From IMG/VR virus record IMGVR_UViG_2706796742_000001, positions 1-64,000 of that record: a stretch of DNA of 64,000 bases. One strand, written 5' to 3'. This document shows, piece by piece, positions 31,695 through 42,311 of this stretch. Made by a program: the position numbers and the translations under genes. Each line of letters starts with the position of its first letter. Position 1 is the first letter of the stretch. A model generated the notes under the pieces. That model was not told the origin of the DNA. It was given only the letters and a program-made list of their open reading frames with translations, and searched no databases. Source of the stretch: a virus. Taxonomy: Duplodnaviria > Heunggongvirae > Uroviricota > Caudoviricetes.

Positions 31695-31770
31695 GAATCC
31701 GTGACAGAAATGGCTATGTGCCTGTCTGCAAAACAGGTTTATAAGGGTTCGAGTCCCTTCGGATTCTCCA
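31695..31770 (+). tRNA. tRNA-Cys (anticodon GCA)
   Basis: Acceptor GAATCCG/CGGATTC, anticodon stem CCTGT/ACAGG, loop CTGCAAA, T-arm AAGGG-TTCGAGT-CCCTT, discriminator T. Confidence 0.65.
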
Positions 31771-31807
31771 AGTTATTTTACTCTCTCTCAATTAAAATAA
31801 TAATAAT

Positions 31808-31868
31808 GCCCTGCTATAAGTATTCTTCCTTTCGCTACCGAAGAGTATTTTTAGACAGGGCTTTTTTA
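31808..31868 (+). terminator. long-hairpin terminator after tRNA cluster
   Basis: GCCCTG...CAGGGC imperfect long stem followed by TTTTTT. Confidence 0.5.
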
Positions 31869-31932
31869 CAGAGTTATACTTTATAAGAAGCCTTATACAG
31901 TATGTCTCTGACGTACATTGTGGTTTCTCCTT

Positions 31933-31957
31933 GACGGTCTCTGTACCGTCTTTTTTA
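31933..31957 (+). terminator. rho-independent terminator
   Basis: GACGGTCTCTGTACCGTC followed by TTTTTT. Confidence 0.5.
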
Positions 31958-31992
31958 AGGGGGAACATGATTAATTATTTGGAGAAAACATA

Positions 31993-32193
31993 ATGAGCGA
32001 AAACATCTATAAAGAACTTTATGAAGCTAATAAGAAGCTAGAATTTATGCAGAACACTATCATGGCAATTGCAGATAGATTGTCTGTAGCAACAGGTATT
32101 GATATCAAAGAAGCCTCTATGGATGCACTTCTTGATGCTGTTGATGCAAAGTTCGAAGTTAAGAAAGAAGAGACTGCTACAGACTCTGAATAA
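31993..32193 (+). CDS. hypothetical small protein preceding terminase
   Basis: 66-aa acidic ORF directly upstream of the large terminase gene. Confidence 0.4.
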   Translation: MSENIYKELYEANKKLEFMQNTIMAIADRLSVATGIDIKEASMDALLDAVDAKFEVKKEETATDSE

Positions 32194-32199
32194 TTCTAT

Positions 32200-33816
32200 T
32201 TGCGGAGGTGCTTAATGGATTTAAATGCTGTTAAGCAGAAGCGAGTGGAAGATGTTAGGAAAGTCCTAGCTGGAGAGTTGGGGCTTTCTGATGAAGTAAA
32301 AGAAATTATTAAATCATTCGGTAAAGACCCCTCTAAATTCCTTCCAACTCAAATTCTGACTTTATTAAGATACACACCAGACCAAGTTAGGCTTATCTTC
32401 AAATTAATGACTGATAAGAACTATGTAGCACCTCAACCGGGTTCTCAAGAGGTGTTTTTAAATACTAATGCTGACTTGGTTTTATATGGTGGTGCTGCTG
32501 GTGCTGGTAAAACTGCTGCATTGTTAATGGACTCCTTAAGGTTTATTGAAGACCCTAACTATAATGCTGTATATTTCCGTCGAAATACAACACAGTTACA
32601 AGGTGGTTTATGGCCTGCTGCAAAGAAACTATTTGGTAAGTTTGGCGGGGTTCCTCACGAGCAGAAGATGACTATCACATTCCCTTCTGGGGCAACTATC
32701 AAGTTCACCTACCTAGAACTTGAAAAGCACGCTGAAGGTCATCAGGGTATTGAATACTCAGCTATCTACTTTGACGAAGGTACACACTTCTCTGCTTCAC
32801 AGATTTCATACCTACAGACCCGTCTGCGTTCTGGTGCTGAAGGTGATTCATACATGAAGATTTCTATGAACCCAGATAGAGACCACTTCATTTATGATTG
32901 GGTAGAGCCATTCTTAGATGAAGAAGGTTACCCAGACCCTGAGAAATGTGGTCGTATTCGTTGGTATGTTATGAATGATGGTGTGATGGTTTCTGATTGG
33001 GAGAGAGACAAGATTCTTGAAATGTTCCCTCTTGAGATTCCTCAGACATACACCTTCATCTCTGGTACGATTGATGATAACCCAATTCTTGACTTCTTAG
33101 AGCCTAAATATCGTGGTAAGTTGGAAAACAACACACCTGTAAACGTTGCAAGACTTCGTTTCGGTAACTGGAAGGCTCGTGCAGAAGGTTCAAACTATTG
33201 GCAAAGACAATGGTGTGAGATTGTTGATTCACTACCAGAAGATGTGTTTGATGTCAGAGCATGGGACTTAGCAGCAACTTTACCATCTGAAATTAACCCT
33301 AACCCAGACTGGACAGCGGGTGTTAAGATGGGTAAATCTAAAAAAGACGGTTGCTATTATATCATTGATGTAGTAAGATTTAGAGATAGACCCTCTGGAG
33401 TCGAAACACAAATTAATTTGACTGCTGAAAGTGACGGTAAGCGAACTGGTATTTTTATCCCTCAAGACCCAGGCGCTGCTGGTAAATCCTATGCAACATC
33501 CCTCATCAGGAAACTTGCCGAGAAAGGTTATCGCGCAAGAGCTAAACCAACAAATAAAGATAAAGTTACCCGCTTTGCGGGATTTTCTGCTGCTTCTGAA
33601 GCTGGACTTGTAAAAGTCTTGAGAGGCAGTTGGAACGAAGCTTACTTTCAAGAACTTGAAGGTTTTTGTGGTGATGGTAAAACTAAAGATGACCAAGTGG
33701 ATGCTACCAGTGATGCTTTCAACAGTCTTAACGAAGTTAAATTATTCAAGCCACCATCAATGGGTGCTCATACAGACTTAGTGAGAGGAAACCCATATGA
33801 GGGGCTTAGACGTTGA
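32200..33816 (+). CDS. terL: terminase large subunit
   Basis: Walker A LYGGAAGAGKT near N-terminus, Walker B-like IYFDEG, C-terminal acidic nuclease-like residues; first gene of structural module. Confidence 0.75.
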   Translation: MRRCLMDLNAVKQKRVEDVRKVLAGELGLSDEVKEIIKSFGKDPSKFLPTQILTLLRYTPDQVRLIFKLMTDKNYVAPQPGSQEVFLNTNADLVLYGGAAGAGKTAALLMDSLRFIEDPNYNAVYFRRNTTQLQGGLWPAAKKLFGKFGGVPHEQKMTITFPSGATIKFTYLELEKHAEGHQGIEYSAIYFDEGTHFSASQISYLQTRLRSGAEGDSYMKISMNPDRDHFIYDWVEPFLDEEGYPDPEKCGRIRWYVMNDGVMVSDWERDKILEMFPLEIPQTYTFISGTIDDNPILDFLEPKYRGKLENNTPVNVARLRFGNWKARAEGSNYWQRQWCEIVDSLPEDVFDVRAWDLAATLPSEINPNPDWTAGVKMGKSKKDGCYYIIDVVRFRDRPSGVETQINLTAESDGKRTGIFIPQDPGAAGKSYATSLIRKLAEKGYRARAKPTNKDKVTRFAGFSAASEAGLVKVLRGSWNEAYFQELEGFCGDGKTKDDQVDATSDAFNSLNEVKLFKPPSMGAHTDLVRGNPYEGLRR

Positions 33817-33823
33817 TAGCTAG

Positions 33824-35299
33824 GTGAGAAGAATGGCAGAAATTACAGAAACACAAGAAAGCTTACCACCATTTAGAATGGGTGAAGTAGGTTCTTTGGG
33901 TCTGAAGGTTAAGAGTGGTAGAATCTATGAAGAACCTCGTCAGGCACTAAGGTTCCCTGAAAGTATTAAAACTTTCCAACTAATGATGCGTGACCCTGCT
34001 GTAGCAGCATCTGTAAATATTATTAAGATGTTTGTCAGAAAAGTCAACTGGAGATTCGTACCTCCAAAGGGAAAAGAGCAAGACCCTAAAATGCTTGAAA
34101 GAGCAGACTTCTTTAATTCTTTAATGGATGACATGGAGCATGATTGGGCAGATTTTATTAACTCTGTAATGTCATTCTGCACTTATGGATTCTGTGTTAA
34201 CGAAAAGGTTTATAAGAAACGTCAGGGTAAAAAAGGAAAGTACCAGTCAAAATTTGATGATGGTCTAATTGGGTGGGCTAAATTACCAATCAGAAACCAG
34301 TCAACACTTGATAAGTGGTATTTTGACGAAGACTTTAGAAAAGTTACTGGTGTCAGACAAAATCTAAGAAATGTTTCACATATTGCTGGAGCAATTAATC
34401 TTGGAGAAAGACCACTAACAAGAAAACTCCCACGAGCTAAATTCATGCTGTTTAAGTATGATGATGAGTATGGTAACCCAGAAGGTCGTTCACCATTACT
34501 TAACGCTTATGTACCGTGGAAGTATAAAGTACAGATTGAAGAGTATGAAGCTGTTGGTGTTTCAAGAGACTTAGTAGGTATGCCAAAAATTGGTTTACCA
34601 CCAGATTATCTGGATGAAAATGCAGAACCTGAAAAGAAAGCTTTCGTACAATACTGCAAAACTGTTGTTAATGATATGATTGCTAATGACAGAGCAGGTT
34701 TAATCTGGCCTAGATATATCGACCCAGATACTAAAGAGGATATTTTTGAGTTCTCATTAGTTTCTAGACAGGGTGCTAAAGCATATGACACAGGTTCTAT
34801 CATTGACAGATATTCCAAGCAAATTATGATGGCATTTATGTCAGATATTCTTGCTATGGGTCAGTCAAAATATGGTTCATTCTCTCTTGCAGATTCTAAG
34901 ACAAGCCTATTGGCTATGTCAGTAGATATTCTGCTGAAGCAAATTAAGAACGTAATTAACCGTGATTTAGTTGCACAGACTTATGCTCTTAATATGTGGG
35001 ATGATGAAGAACATGTACAAATCACATATGATGATATCGAAACTCCAGACCTTGAAGCAATTGGTTCTTATATTCAGAAGACTGTTGCAGTAGGTGCTTT
35101 GGAAGTTGACAAAGAGCTATCTAACAAACTTAGAGAGCATATTGGTCTTCCTCCTGCTGATGAGTCTCAGCCAGTATCTGAAAAGCTTTCTCCGAATAGC
35201 CAAAGCCGTTCAGGAGACGGTTATAAGACCGCTGGAGAAGGTACTGCAAAGACACCTTCAGCGAAAGACCCAAGCACAGCAAATAAGGCAAATAAATAA
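33824..35299 (+). CDS. portal protein (by position and size)
   Basis: 491-aa ORF immediately after terminase large subunit. Confidence 0.55.
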   Translation: MRRMAEITETQESLPPFRMGEVGSLGLKVKSGRIYEEPRQALRFPESIKTFQLMMRDPAVAASVNIIKMFVRKVNWRFVPPKGKEQDPKMLERADFFNSLMDDMEHDWADFINSVMSFCTYGFCVNEKVYKKRQGKKGKYQSKFDDGLIGWAKLPIRNQSTLDKWYFDEDFRKVTGVRQNLRNVSHIAGAINLGERPLTRKLPRAKFMLFKYDDEYGNPEGRSPLLNAYVPWKYKVQIEEYEAVGVSRDLVGMPKIGLPPDYLDENAEPEKKAFVQYCKTVVNDMIANDRAGLIWPRYIDPDTKEDIFEFSLVSRQGAKAYDTGSIIDRYSKQIMMAFMSDILAMGQSKYGSFSLADSKTSLLAMSVDILLKQIKNVINRDLVAQTYALNMWDDEEHVQITYDDIETPDLEAIGSYIQKTVAVGALEVDKELSNKLREHIGLPPADESQPVSEKLSPNSQSRSGDGYKTAGEGTAKTPSAKDPSTANKANK

Positions 35300-35799
35300 T
35301 GGCTGAAGTTATCTCTATTTCAAATGCTACACGAGTGCATTCGTATAGAGGTGTCCTTATCATTACTGATAAGTTATCTGTAGAGGCTGGCTCAAGGGTC
35401 AGCCTTTCAGGTTATGTTAGTGATGGTGGAATCTCTGACGTTTTCACTATTTGTAGGTTACTTGATGCACCAATGAGTGGAAAACCGTTTATTTCAGGAA
35501 ATTGTAGTGAAATTGTTAAAATTCCATTTGACAGTTCATGCCTTTTGGGTGTAAAGTTATATAACTGCGAGAATAAACGTATCAATGTTAATAGCATTGA
35601 AGCCGCTTTCATTACCCTCGACACTGCATTTCAATCTCCAATGACAGTTAACAAAGAAACAAACAGACTTGAATACATTTTTTCACAAAATGATTACAAA
35701 GTACTTGTCAAAGGTAAAGTATATGATATGATTGTAAATGTGGTAGATGAATCTGGTAACCATTCAACAGTCCTTAAACAAAAAGTAAGGTTTAATTAA
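35299..35799 (+). CDS. head morphogenesis protein (hypothetical)
   Basis: 166-aa ORF between portal and protease. Confidence 0.35.
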   Translation: MAEVISISNATRVHSYRGVLIITDKLSVEAGSRVSLSGYVSDGGISDVFTICRLLDAPMSGKPFISGNCSEIVKIPFDSSCLLGVKLYNCENKRINVNSIEAAFITLDTAFQSPMTVNKETNRLEYIFSQNDYKVLVKGKVYDMIVNVVDESGNHSTVLKQKVRFN

Positions 35800-36131
35800 T
35801 GGGAACATTAACTATTGATGGTAAGAATAAAATCCTCGCCACGCTAACCCCAACGACTATTATTTTACACAATGTAGACCCAACGGCAGACCCTACAGCA
35901 AATAAGGTTACTCAGCCAGTGGCTATTTATTTTTCTGAACCGGATAATGGCTTAATTGCCTCAGAAGACACAGTTAATATTACTGTCCCAGCTTCTGCAA
36001 CGGTCTCACACTATAGCTTGTGGGATGCTAACGATAAATGCGTGGCAACTGGTGCTCTTAGCAAACCTCAATTCTTTGCTGAAGAAGGTATCTATGTTAT
36101 CTCTTCAGTCTCTGTAGATTTAAACAAATAG
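35799..36131 (+). CDS. hypothetical structural-module protein
   Basis: 110-aa ORF. Confidence 0.35.
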   Translation: MGTLTIDGKNKILATLTPTTIILHNVDPTADPTANKVTQPVAIYFSEPDNGLIASEDTVNITVPASATVSHYSLWDANDKCVATGALSKPQFFAEEGIYVISSVSVDLNK

Positions 36132-36142
36132 GGTGAGTAAAA

Positions 36143-37489
36143 ATGAGTTCGAATATCTTCAGACTTGCTGATAGATTATTCAACCAACCTTTACTAGCCA
36201 CTGAATCATTAGCTCACTCAGCAGCAACTTATGTGAATAACAGATTGCTGGGTGATGTCCAAGCAGCAGTAAACTTTGATAAACCCAAAGGTGAAGCAAG
36301 AAGTCTTTTAAAAGTAAAAGATGACATTGCTATTATCCCTATTATGGGTGGTTTAACTCATCGTATGACATTCATTGATGCAATGTGTACAGGTGGTTTA
36401 AGCTCTTATGAAGGTTTACGTAGAGGCTTTGACGAAGCTTTAGCAGATGAGTCAATCAAGACTATTGTTCTGCATATTGATTCTGGTGGTGGTGAAGCTT
36501 CAGGTTGCTTTGAATTAGCACGTCACATTATGGCTTCAAGAGGCCAAAAGAAAATTATTGCTTATGTAGATGAGTTCGCTTGTTCCGCTGCATATGCTCT
36601 TGCATCTTCTGCTGAAGAAATTATTGCATCACCAGATGCAGATGTTGGTTCTATTGGTGTAATCATGGTTCATCAGGAATTAACTAAGGCATTTGAAAAG
36701 AATGGCGTAACAATTAACGTCATCAAAGCTGGTGAGTTTAAAGGTATGGGTTCACCATTCCAAGCACTTTCAGAAGAAAGCAAAGAAAGACTTCAAAAGA
36801 GAATTAATGATACCTACGCAACCTTTACAGGTTTTGTAGCCGAATCTCGTAATCTCTCTGAAGAAGCTGTAAAGAATACTGAGGCGAATGTTTATTCTGC
36901 TCAGGAAGCTCTTGAACTTGGTTTAATTAACTCAATCATGTCTCAAGATGATTTCTTAAATTACTTACAAGGTTCTGAAGAGGCTCCTGTAAGTTTAAAC
37001 GTTAACAATTCAGGTGAAGAAATGACTGAACAAGAAAAGCAAGAACTAGAAGCTTTGCGTCTTCAGGTTGCTCAAATGAAAGCTAAAGAACAGGAAGCTG
37101 CTTTGTCAGATTTGACTAATAAGATTTCTGCTTCTGCTGAAGCTTTTGGATTTGATGCAAAAGAAGCTGCAACGACTATTTTAGGTGCTGGTCTTGATAA
37201 CCCTCTGAGTGTTCTGTTTATGAATGCTATGGAAGGTGCTAACCAGAAACTTAATGAAACTATCGCATCCCATGCTTCTGCAATGGAAGAAAAAGAATCA
37301 GAAATTACCAAGCTGAAAGAAACTGCTGGTGCTGTTCTTGAACATTCCAACGCTATGGAAGAAGTGGGTAATGACGGCGAAGCTGATTTGGTTGAAGAAG
37401 AAAAAGAACCAGCTAAGAATGCTTCCGAAGACACCGCTGAACAACGCAAACTGGCTCTCCAGAATGCTCTAAAATCTCTTATCAAATAA
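36143..37489 (+). CDS. prohead protease (S49/ClpP-like) fused to scaffold-like C-terminal domain
   Basis: S49-type core LHIDSGGGEASG...CSAAYALASSAEEI...GSIGVIMVHQE; C-terminal acidic, low-complexity tail. Confidence 0.65.
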   Translation: MSSNIFRLADRLFNQPLLATESLAHSAATYVNNRLLGDVQAAVNFDKPKGEARSLLKVKDDIAIIPIMGGLTHRMTFIDAMCTGGLSSYEGLRRGFDEALADESIKTIVLHIDSGGGEASGCFELARHIMASRGQKKIIAYVDEFACSAAYALASSAEEIIASPDADVGSIGVIMVHQELTKAFEKNGVTINVIKAGEFKGMGSPFQALSEESKERLQKRINDTYATFTGFVAESRNLSEEAVKNTEANVYSAQEALELGLINSIMSQDDFLNYLQGSEEAPVSLNVNNSGEEMTEQEKQELEALRLQVAQMKAKEQEAALSDLTNKISASAEAFGFDAKEAATTILGAGLDNPLSVLFMNAMEGANQKLNETIASHASAMEEKESEITKLKETAGAVLEHSNAMEEVGNDGEADLVEEEKEPAKNASEDTAEQRKLALQNALKSLIK

Positions 37490-37500
37490 GGAACACAATA

Positions 37501-37878
37501 ATGGCATATCAAGGTTTTACTAAGTTAGGTAAAAGAGAACCTCTGAATGATATCATTCTTTGGGAACAGGTTACCCCAACAGGCCACTCTCGTAAAGAGT
37601 ACACCCCAGTTGCTTCAACAGAATATCGTGTAGGTGAAGTTCTGAAAGCAGACGGTACTAAAGTTACAGCAGGACAAGAAGCTCAGGCTGATTCAGTATG
37701 TATCGTTAATTTCTACGCAGACCTGCAACTGTCTTACCACAGTCAGTTGAAAGTTGTTGGTATTTACCGTGACGCAGAACTGAAAGACATGCTGACTCTT
37801 GAATCAGGTGTTGATGCTGCCGCAGTCAAGACAGCTCTGGCTGCTAAAGGTATTGATTTTGTACCAACTGGCCTGTAA
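37501..37878 (+). CDS. head decoration or accessory protein (hypothetical)
   Basis: 125-aa ORF between protease and major capsid gene. Confidence 0.35.
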   Translation: MAYQGFTKLGKREPLNDIILWEQVTPTGHSRKEYTPVASTEYRVGEVLKADGTKVTAGQEAQADSVCIVNFYADLQLSYHSQLKVVGIYRDAELKDMLTLESGVDAAAVKTALAAKGIDFVPTGL

Positions 37879-37911
37879 TAACAATAATAAGACATTCTGG
37901 AGAATTTTACA

Positions 37912-39018
37912 ATGTTGACTAATTCTGAAAAAAGCAGATTTTTCCTTGCTGACCTGACTGGTGAAGTCCAGTCTATCCCAAATACTTATGGGTATATTTC
38001 CAACTTAGGTCTGTTCCGTTCAGCACCAATCACCCAAACTACTTTCCTTATGGACTTGACTGATTGGGATGTTAGCTTGCTTGATGCGGTAGACCGTGAT
38101 AGCCGTAAAGCAGAGACTAGCGCACCTGAGCGTGTTCGTCAAATCAGCTTCCCAATGATGTATTTCAAAGAAGTTGAAAGCATCACTCCTGATGAGATTC
38201 AGGGTGTACGTCAGCCAGGCACTGCAAACGAACTGACTACTGAAGCTGTAGTACGTGCTAAGAAGCTGATGAAGATTCGTACCAAGTTCGATATTACTCG
38301 TGAGTTCCTGTTTATGCAAGCTCTGAAGGGTAAAGTTGTTGATGCTCGTGGCACTCTGTATGCTGACCTGTACAAGCAGTTCGACGTTGAGAAGAAGACT
38401 ATTTACTTCGACCTTGACAACCCTAATGCTGACATCGACGCTTCTATCGAAGAACTGCGTATGCACATGGAAGACGAAGCTAAGACTGGCACTGTAATCA
38501 ACGGTGAAGAAATTCACGTAGTTGTTGACCGTGTATTCTTCAGCAAACTGACTAAACATCCTAAGATTCGTGACGCTTATCTTGCACAGCAGACTCCGCT
38601 GGCTTGGCAACAGATTACTGGTTCTCTGAGAACTGGTGGTACTGACGGCGTTCAGGCTCATATGAACACCTTCTACTACGGTGGTGTTAAGTTTGTCCAG
38701 TACAACGGTAAGTTCAAAGACAAGCGTGGTAAGGTTCACACTCTGGTGAGCATTGATAGCGTGGCAGCAACTGTTGGTGTAGGTCATGCTTTCCCTAACG
38801 TTTCTATGCTGGGTGAAGCAAACAACATCTTCGAAGTGGCATATGGTCCATGTCCTAAGATGGGTTATGCAAATACACTTGGTCAGGAACTATACGTATT
38901 CGAATACGAAAAAGACCGTGATGAAGGTATTGACTTTGAAGCTCACTCTTACATGCTGCCATACTGTACTCGTCCTCAGTTGCTGGTAGACGTTCGTTCT
39001 GACGCTAAACCAAACTAA
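37912..39018 (+). CDS. major capsid protein (by position and size)
   Basis: 368-aa ORF downstream of protease/scaffold; strong RBS. Confidence 0.55.
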   Translation: MLTNSEKSRFFLADLTGEVQSIPNTYGYISNLGLFRSAPITQTTFLMDLTDWDVSLLDAVDRDSRKAETSAPERVRQISFPMMYFKEVESITPDEIQGVRQPGTANELTTEAVVRAKKLMKIRTKFDITREFLFMQALKGKVVDARGTLYADLYKQFDVEKKTIYFDLDNPNADIDASIEELRMHMEDEAKTGTVINGEEIHVVVDRVFFSKLTKHPKIRDAYLAQQTPLAWQQITGSLRTGGTDGVQAHMNTFYYGGVKFVQYNGKFKDKRGKVHTLVSIDSVAATVGVGHAFPNVSMLGEANNIFEVAYGPCPKMGYANTLGQELYVFEYEKDRDEGIDFEAHSYMLPYCTRPQLLVDVRSDAKPN

Positions 39019-39039
39019 TATTCTTAAGGAGGGTTATGA

Positions 39040-39489
39040 ATGTGTTATACAGGCGACCCAGCCAATAACCCTCTTGATAGAGTAAGAATCCTCTGCACAG
39101 ACACCAATAATGATGAAATTCTTATTGAACAGTCTGTGCTAGAGTGGTTCTATCTAGAATCTGGAAAGGATGAAAAGAAAGCAGCCATCAAAGCTCTTAA
39201 ATATTTACTCTTTCAAGTAGCCAAGATGGGAGATGAGAAGGTTGGTGGTGTTTACTTACGTAACTCTTCCAGATTCAAATCTCTGAAAGCTGTTTATGAC
39301 GACCTTGTTAAAAGCTCTGTTTCAGGACTGCCCTATGCAGGTGGTATCAATCAGTGTGACATTGACATGCGTCGTCAGAATCCTTGCTCTGTCAAGAAAT
39401 ACACAGAATATGGTGATGCTGCCAGATACGAAGGCAGAGATTACTGCAACCGTGTTAATGGCGTATTTATTATCGAGCGAGATGAATAA
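39040..39489 (+). CDS. head completion/connector protein (hypothetical)
   Basis: 149-aa ORF in head-tail joining block. Confidence 0.35.
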   Translation: MCYTGDPANNPLDRVRILCTDTNNDEILIEQSVLEWFYLESGKDEKKAAIKALKYLLFQVAKMGDEKVGGVYLRNSSRFKSLKAVYDDLVKSSVSGLPYAGGINQCDIDMRRQNPCSVKKYTEYGDAARYEGRDYCNRVNGVFIIERDE

Positions 39490-39971
39490 TGGTTAAAAGG
39501 GTTATTCACCCCGCTAGAGCAAAATTAGTCGGGGCTATGAAGAACTTGCACACGGCTAATGCTCAAGTTGGGTATTTTCAAGAACAAGGTCAACATAGCT
39601 CTGGTTTTTCTTATCCTGCTTTAATGTATTTGCAAGAAGTTATTGGGGTTCCTTCAGCTTCTGGTAAAGTATATCGTAGGTTGTTTGAAATCACTATGAT
39701 GCTAAACAAACAGACCTTGTTAGAGCAGACTAAGAAGAATCTATATAAGCAACTTAGCAGTCTCAACACAGACCCTTCAAATACCTTAGAAGCATTTGCA
39801 AAGAATGCTCAGAAGGTAATTAAAAGAGGTTTTGGTAATTCTGCTATCCTCCCTCCTAACGCACCTTCCACAGTCAAGAAAAAAGGTTTTAATGCACCTC
39901 TTGTTGAGACAGGTGACTTAAGAGATAACCTTGCTTATAAAATTTCTACTAAGAAGGGTATTAAAAAATGA
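39489..39971 (+). CDS. head-tail connector protein (hypothetical)
   Basis: 160-aa ORF, start/stop overlap. Confidence 0.35.
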   Translation: MVKRVIHPARAKLVGAMKNLHTANAQVGYFQEQGQHSSGFSYPALMYLQEVIGVPSASGKVYRRLFEITMMLNKQTLLEQTKKNLYKQLSSLNTDPSNTLEAFAKNAQKVIKRGFGNSAILPPNAPSTVKKKGFNAPLVETGDLRDNLAYKISTKKGIKK

Positions 39972-40369
39972 GGCTCTTAAACAGACACAGCTTTGTAGTA
40001 AAGCGTAAAGTCTCTGAAGATGGTTACTATAATGATGATGGTGATTGGGTAGCTTCACAAGATATTGTTGAGGTTAACTGTAAAGGTAATATCCAGCCAT
40101 ACATCAAAGGTTCTGTAAAGAACGGTACACAGATTGCTTTACCAGAAGGTATTAGACTCACTGATACGAGAATCTTGTATACCACATATAAACTTAGAAC
40201 TTCAGATGATGTAGAGTGGAATGAGTCTGACATTGTTATGATTGATGGCCATGAGTATGAAGTATTTATGACTATGGATTGGTCACAGCAATTAGCCCAT
40301 ACGTCCCATTATGAATATATCATTATTAGAAGGGATAAAATGAATGCAGTTAGAAACAGCAGAACTTGA
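39968..40369 (+). CDS. head-tail joining protein (hypothetical)
   Basis: 133-aa ORF. Confidence 0.35.
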   Translation: MRLLNRHSFVVKRKVSEDGYYNDDGDWVASQDIVEVNCKGNIQPYIKGSVKNGTQIALPEGIRLTDTRILYTTYKLRTSDDVEWNESDIVMIDGHEYEVFMTMDWSQQLAHTSHYEYIIIRRDKMNAVRNSRT

Positions 40370-40943
40370 AAAAGGTCTAGTTAGAACCTTAGTGGATGTT
40401 ATTGGTCACAGACTAGCTCGTGATAAAAATAATAGACCAAATGTAATTAGAGCTTACCCTTCTGATAACTCAAATGACAAAGGTTTAAAACCTGACCAGC
40501 CATTTATTACCGTATATTGTCAAGATGCTGCAACACCTTATGGTTGGGTTCTTGATAAGTTTGTTGAGGATGATGTAGTTTGCTACAGAATTGCTTTTCA
40601 GATTCCTGTACTGATTACGGTAAATGGTAAAGGTGCTCATAGTATTATGCTTGAGCTTAAACAACGATTAGAGATGAGTTCAGTAAGAGATTTAATCCTT
40701 GAAGAAACAGGAGCTACAGTACTAGACACTGGAGCAATCCCTAATGATTATACTTATCTCAATACAGATTTCGAAAATTCTGCACCTCTTGTTGTAACTC
40801 TTGTAAAAAACTCAGTCCTGAAAGATGAACGTGGAAGTATTATTGAGCGTGTCATTGTTGATGGTGAGTTAGTTTATGAAGAAGGACAAGAGCCACCAGA
40901 ATATACTATCCATCTAGATGTAGACTCCAAAGGGGTAAAATAA
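40344..40943 (+). CDS. tail completion protein (hypothetical)
   Basis: 199-aa ORF. Confidence 0.35.
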   Translation: MQLETAELEKGLVRTLVDVIGHRLARDKNNRPNVIRAYPSDNSNDKGLKPDQPFITVYCQDAATPYGWVLDKFVEDDVVCYRIAFQIPVLITVNGKGAHSIMLELKQRLEMSSVRDLILEETGATVLDTGAIPNDYTYLNTDFENSAPLVVTLVKNSVLKDERGSIIERVIVDGELVYEEGQEPPEYTIHLDVDSKGVK

Positions 40944-42296
40944 ATGTGGAATCCAATTGTTAATGTAGATATTACATTGAACACCGCAGGAACTACAAGA
41001 GAAGGTTTTGGCTTACCACTATTCTTAGCTTCAACAGATAACTTTGAAGAAAGAGTCCGTGGTTACACTTCCTTAACTGAAGTTGCTGAAGATTTCGATG
41101 AAAATTCTGCTGCATATAAGGCTGCTAAACAACTTTGGAGTCAAACTCCTAAAGTAACTCAGCTTTATATTGGTAGACGTGCTATGCAGTATACTGTATC
41201 AATTCCTGATGCCGTTACTGAAAGTACAGACTACTCAATTACTGTAGCTGCTGGCGGTGGAATTTCTCAACCATACCAGTATACAGCGCAAAGCTCAGAC
41301 ACTGCCGAAAATGTGTTGCAACAGTTTAAAACACAGATTGAAGCTGACCCAGCAATTAAAGATAAAGTTTCTGTGAACGTAACTGGTAGTGGTGCTTCTG
41401 CCACAATGATTATTACCAAAGCTGGTGATAATGACTTTGTGAAAGTAACAACTACAGCGCAGACTGTGTATGTTGCAAGCACAACTGCTGATACAGCATC
41501 AACTGCTCTGGCAGCCATTGAAGCTTATTCAACTGACTGGTATTTCATTGCAGCAGAAGATAGAACTCAACAGTTTGTCTTAGCAATGGCTTCTGAGATT
41601 CAGGCTCGTAAGAAAATCTTCTTCACTGCCAACTCTGATGTATCAGCACTACAAGGTACAGAATTAAACAGTGCAAATGATGTTCCAGCACAGCTTGCTA
41701 AGAGTATGTACACCCGCACAGTTTGCTTGTGGCATCACACAGCAGCAGAAGATTACCCAGAGATGGCATACATCGCTTATGGTGCTCCATATGATGCGGG
41801 TTCAATTGCTTGGGGTAATGCACAGTTAACTGGTGTAGCTGCTTCTCTACAGCCATCTAATCACAGACCTTTGACAAGTATTCAGAAGTCTGCTTTAGAT
41901 GCACGTCACTGTAACTTTATTGACCTTGATGGTGGTGTTCCAGTGGTTCGTAGAGGGATTACTTCTGGTGGGGAATGGATTGACATCATCCGTGGCGTTG
42001 ACTGGTTAGAATCAGACCTGAAAACTTCTCTGAGAGACTTGCTAATTAACCAGAAGGGTGGTAAGATTACTTATGATGATACTGGTATTACCCGTATTCG
42101 TCAAGTCATTGAAACCTCTCTACAAAGAGCAGTTAACAGAAACTTCCTGTCATCTTACACAGTTAATGTTCCTAAAGCCTCTCAAGTTGCTTTGGCAGAC
42201 AAGAAAGCTCGTATCCTGAAAGATGTTACCTTCGCAGGTATCTTAGCAGGTGCTATCTTGGATGTTGACTTGAAAGGTACAGTGGCTTACGAATAA
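40944..42296 (+). CDS. tail sheath protein (by position and size)
   Basis: 450-aa ORF immediately upstream of a 148-aa tube-sized ORF. Confidence 0.5.
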   Translation: MWNPIVNVDITLNTAGTTREGFGLPLFLASTDNFEERVRGYTSLTEVAEDFDENSAAYKAAKQLWSQTPKVTQLYIGRRAMQYTVSIPDAVTESTDYSITVAAGGGISQPYQYTAQSSDTAENVLQQFKTQIEADPAIKDKVSVNVTGSGASATMIITKAGDNDFVKVTTTAQTVYVASTTADTASTALAAIEAYSTDWYFIAAEDRTQQFVLAMASEIQARKKIFFTANSDVSALQGTELNSANDVPAQLAKSMYTRTVCLWHHTAAEDYPEMAYIAYGAPYDAGSIAWGNAQLTGVAASLQPSNHRPLTSIQKSALDARHCNFIDLDGGVPVVRRGITSGGEWIDIIRGVDWLESDLKTSLRDLLINQKGGKITYDDTGITRIRQVIETSLQRAVNRNFLSSYTVNVPKASQVALADKKARILKDVTFAGILAGAILDVDLKGTVAYE

Positions 42297-42311
42297 TAGA
42301 GGTAAATTGGA

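Noticed and set aside
38020-38787. 255-aa minus-strand ORF inside the major capsid gene (and other antisense ORFs within the structural module)
   Set aside because: Fully embedded antisense to long, well-organised plus-strand genes with RBSs and operon context; low-complexity translation typical of antisense artefacts
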